A stretch of DNA of 64,000 bases from Owenia fusiformis (Eukaryota): NCBI GenBank assembly GCA_903813345.2, contig CAIIXF020000001.1, positions 31,806,001 through 31,870,000 on the forward strand, written 5' to 3'. Of the stretch, positions 60,672 through 64,000 are shown one piece after another. A program made the translations under genes and the position numbers. Position 1 is the stretch's first letter; every line of letters starts with the position of its first letter. The notes under the pieces were generated by a model. The model was not told the DNA's origin, did no database searches, and saw only the letters and a program-made list of their open reading frames with translations.

Positions 60672-61430
60672 TATTTAATTTCATTTCATTTATTTATTTT
60701 CAAACATCTGGTGAAACATACAGATAAGGCGGATGACACCCTAATGGGCATATTATCCGCACAGAGAAGATGAACATGACAAGCAGTGTTGTGTAAATTA
60801 TGTATCTCCAGCCTCACACTCCCCACCCCCATCCCCCACCCGTCAGCATGGTCTTAACAATATGGAAAGTAAACTGGGTTGCCAGTTACAGTCTCTGCAG
60901 TCTGAGCAGTATATTCGAATAAGGTTAAGTGCTTTGAAAAATGATAGGTGATGATATATGTTGGCTTTGCCAATTAGATGATGGAATAAAAACAATGAGC
61001 AAAAAAAAGAAAGAACGATAACAATAGCTACTAGGTAGACAGCATAAGTGAATAGCTAATTGGAGATTGTTATCATTGATTGATCAAAAATGACTTGATC
61101 TTTTTCTTGAAAAGAGGTATAGAGTTGCACTTAGTAACTTCATCAGGTAATATATTCCATAAATCTGGTCCCTGCTTACTGATGGAATATTTGCCAATGT
61201 TTGTTCTAAAAGTTGCTGATCTGAGTTTGAATTGTTGTCTAGTCTCATGTCTATGAATAATATTGTTTGGAGTGAAGTAATAACTGAATTGGTTTTTGGA
61301 TGTTGGGTCAGTGCCTTTGATACATTTGAAAAGATATGTCAGGATACTGTCTTTAAAAATTCTAAATATATTAAGAATGTTAGCATTTTTGAAGAATGGT
61401 GCTGTGTGATCTCTTAATTTACAATTTATA
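60672..61430 (-). mobile_element. 5'-truncated LINE (CR1/L2-group) ORF2 C-terminus + 3' UTR
   Basis: HTAPFF..NIL...HRHETRQ...KYSISKQGPDLWNILP...FKKKIKSFL matches the typical non-LTR ORF2 tail; AATAAA/ATGAA-rich 3' end. Confidence 0.75.
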
Positions 61431-61462
61431 TCGTATATTATATACATCATGTTTATTGCATT

Positions 61463-62760
61463 AATTATCCCTCCAAGCGAAATTTGTGGGGGATATATGA
61501 AAGCTGTGGCCATCCGTTCGTCCATCTATCTGTGACCAATCATGACTTAATATTAATATGGATATTTCCCATTAATTAATATGATACTGGATTTAAAAAA
61601 ATGATATTAATATTGGTTAAAACCTATGATTAATTAAAAAGCGGATATGACAAATAGATAAAATCAAAAACTATAATCTACCTACATGGTGTAGATGCAA
61701 ATGAATTTATCTATATGTAAAGATTGTTGCTTCTGTTGCTCTCTAACAAAAAATGTGGGACAGTGTAAATTACAAGATGTCCATCCGTAAGTACGTTTGT
61801 CTGTCCCACCGATTTGATTCAAATTTCATAGGCTTATGCCTTATGGGTGTTGGACCTCTGCTCAAGAGGGAATTTTAATATGGCTGCTCACTTCAAAATG
61901 GCCACCATTTTTTCATAAAAAATGTAACCTTTGATTACTCAAGCTCTAGTGGATTGATTTAGTTCAAATTTTATATGCTGATGGTTAAAGACAATGGGGC
62001 TTTGCTAAAGAAGAGATTTTAAAGATGGTCGCTATATTTTAAAATGACCGCCTTTTTTGTAAAAAACATTATCTTTGATTCAAATTTTAGATGCTGATGG
62101 TCAACGTAGCTCTGTTCGAAAAAGTATTTTCAGGATGGCGGCTGAATTTCAAAATGGCCACATGTAAAAAATGTAATCTTTGTAAATTCAAATGCCAATT
62201 GACAGATTTGGTTCAAATTTTATATGTTGATCCCAAGGGACAATGAAGCTCTAATTGAGAAGTCGATTTCAAGATGGCCACTGAATTTCAAAATGGCCAC
62301 CATTTAAAAAAAAAATCTTCCATGAATATTTTCCGTGGTAATTGGTGGTTTGGTAATTGTTTTTTCATGAACATGCCATGTTTTTATCATTACACTTGAG
62401 TTGTAAAATCAACAATTTTGGCAGGTTTTGTTTTTACCAAAATCTTCAAAATTGAATCAATATTTTAACGAATGAATCCAAGCTGGATTGAGAATTAGTC
62501 TCATTAATCATAGATAAAAGAATATGACACCCCCCCCCCACCCCAAAATCTTTGAGAAAGTCAACCTTCTTGACAAAAGCTGGTTTCAGGCCTGAAATAC
62601 AACCATGTTTTTACAATCTGAATATATGTTTAGTACATTCTGTACATAGTGTCATATGACAAAGAACTGTTTACTTAATATTTTTTTAATTGATGATTTG
62701 ACCCCACAATTAAAAGTAATAATTTGTTTGCTGGGATTTGCTATCATTTAACTTTGGCAC
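61463..62760 (+). mobile_element. Degenerate HINE-like element
   Basis: TTATCCCTCCAAGCGAAATTTGTGGGGGATAT start, CCGT microsatellite remnant, CAAAATGGC core repeats, GCTGGGATTTGCTA end. Confidence 0.5.
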
Positions 62761-63474
62761 TTATGTAAAAAAGACAAAATAAGTGATAAAATCAGCTCAC
62801 TGGATTCCCTTATTGCAGACTGAATAAACATTTTTACTTGGAGTAAATCCTATTTGGTTTTATTTGATCAACAATGAGTTTTTGACTTGCACTGTCTACA
62901 CTCACAGACAATAATAATTACCGAAGAGGGAGCATTAGAAAGAGTAAGATTATCATATATAATAACAATTAAGATCAGAATATTTAAGAATTGTGCAAAT
63001 GAACTCTTATAATCTGTTGTAAAGAGATTAATCTTTTGACATTAATTTGAGACTTAAGACACCCAATTAACATAGAATAATGGCAACCAAATATTAAAAG
63101 ATTATGCAAATGATTATTTATTCCTATTCAAAGACAAATCAATTTTAATTACTTATACTATGTTTCATGTTTTAAGCCAAATGGTGTTGTTAACCCCCTC
63201 CCCTTCCTTCATGCAACTTCTTTTTAAATATAATATTCTTACATAGACAAATTGAATTTTTATCACTTAGGTATAACATTTCAGTTTGCAGCCATAGGCT
63301 TGTGTTTAATCCCCCATCTCAATTTCAAGTCAAAATTCTGTAAAAGTATATACTTTTCTGTGGATTGTTTCAGATAATATGCTTATAAAAGTTGAATGGG
63401 ACTTAATTTGGAGAACTTCATTTAGAAACATAATGTATTATTCATTTTTCTGCTTCCAAAAGACCAAACAAATA

Positions 63475-63668
63475 GCCCATGGAAAACCATGGACTTTCAA
63501 AAGATCAAAAGAATAATCATGGAAAACCATGGCTTTTGATTGCACTTTCCAAAACATCAAAGAAATAACCATGGAAAAGCATGGCTTTCGATTGCAATCA
63601 ACCGTCTTCCATGGCTTTTGATTGCAGTTTTCTCAACTTCAAAGAAAGAAACCATGGTTTTTGATTGT
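63475..63668. repeat. Degenerate short tandem repeat
   Basis: Recurrent AACCATGG / CATGGCTTTTGATTG motifs. Confidence 0.6.
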
Positions 63669-64000
63669 ATTCTCAAATGTACGAAATGTAATTTAAGAAA
63701 ATGAGTTATTTATTTCTTAAATTACTTCATATTGATTTTTAAAACTGAAAATTAAAGTATTGAAATAAAACAGAGCTTGGGCTAGTTTGACTTAATCTTT
63801 TTCAAAGGAAAGAAGTGTTTGGCCTAAAAAATAAGCAATCTCTATCTAGTCTTGATCTACACAAAAGACCTTTGCACAATTGTTTTTGAAATCTTGTGGC
63901 CTACTCTCTGCTCTGCTGTTTCACATATTTTCTCATTTGTAAGCTGAGTCTAACATTCAATGAATGTTCATGCTATACCTTCAAAATGAAATGTCCACCC

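Noticed and set aside
61073..61525. 150-aa ORF as a host gene exon
   Set aside because: LINE ORF2 tail fused by chance to an upstream start inside another repeat.
60560..64000. Upstream exons or promoter of the gene
   Set aside because: No convincing exon or signal peptide found; the region is mostly repeats, so the 5' end probably lies outside the window.

Overview
AT-rich metazoan genomic DNA, probably a marine invertebrate (inferred from repeat types). The whole window is occupied by one large multi-exon gene on the minus strand. By hand I could join 51 exons (550-60556, about 13.1 kb of coding sequence, about 4,380 aa) into one reading frame with consistent splice phases: GT-AG introns plus one GC-AG. 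The start codon and signal peptide are not found and probably lie beyond 64000; the cytoplasmic tail continues past exon 51. The product is a type I membrane mosaic protein. The N-terminal part has about 35 ordinary EGF repeats interrupted five times by a fixed cassette: a modified DSL-like module, a lone Cys, a variable inserted domain, then an atypical EGF lacking Cys1 and carrying Cys-Cys-Cys. The inserts are an apparently circularly permuted C-type lectin domain, a Cys-free beta-rich domain, and four copies of a WxGxYxC beta-barrel-like domain. The C-terminal part has about 14 divergent SEA/ferredoxin-like repeats built from alternating micro- and long exons, two of which host an inserted VWA or PAN domain, a furin-type RKKR site, and a transmembrane helix. 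The introns are full of non-autonomous transposons: Tc1/mariner, Transib-like, Kolobok-like, Harbinger-like and Helentron/HINE-like elements, a tRNA-derived SINE and a LINE 3' fragment. All domain names come from motif recognition by eye; no database searches were run.
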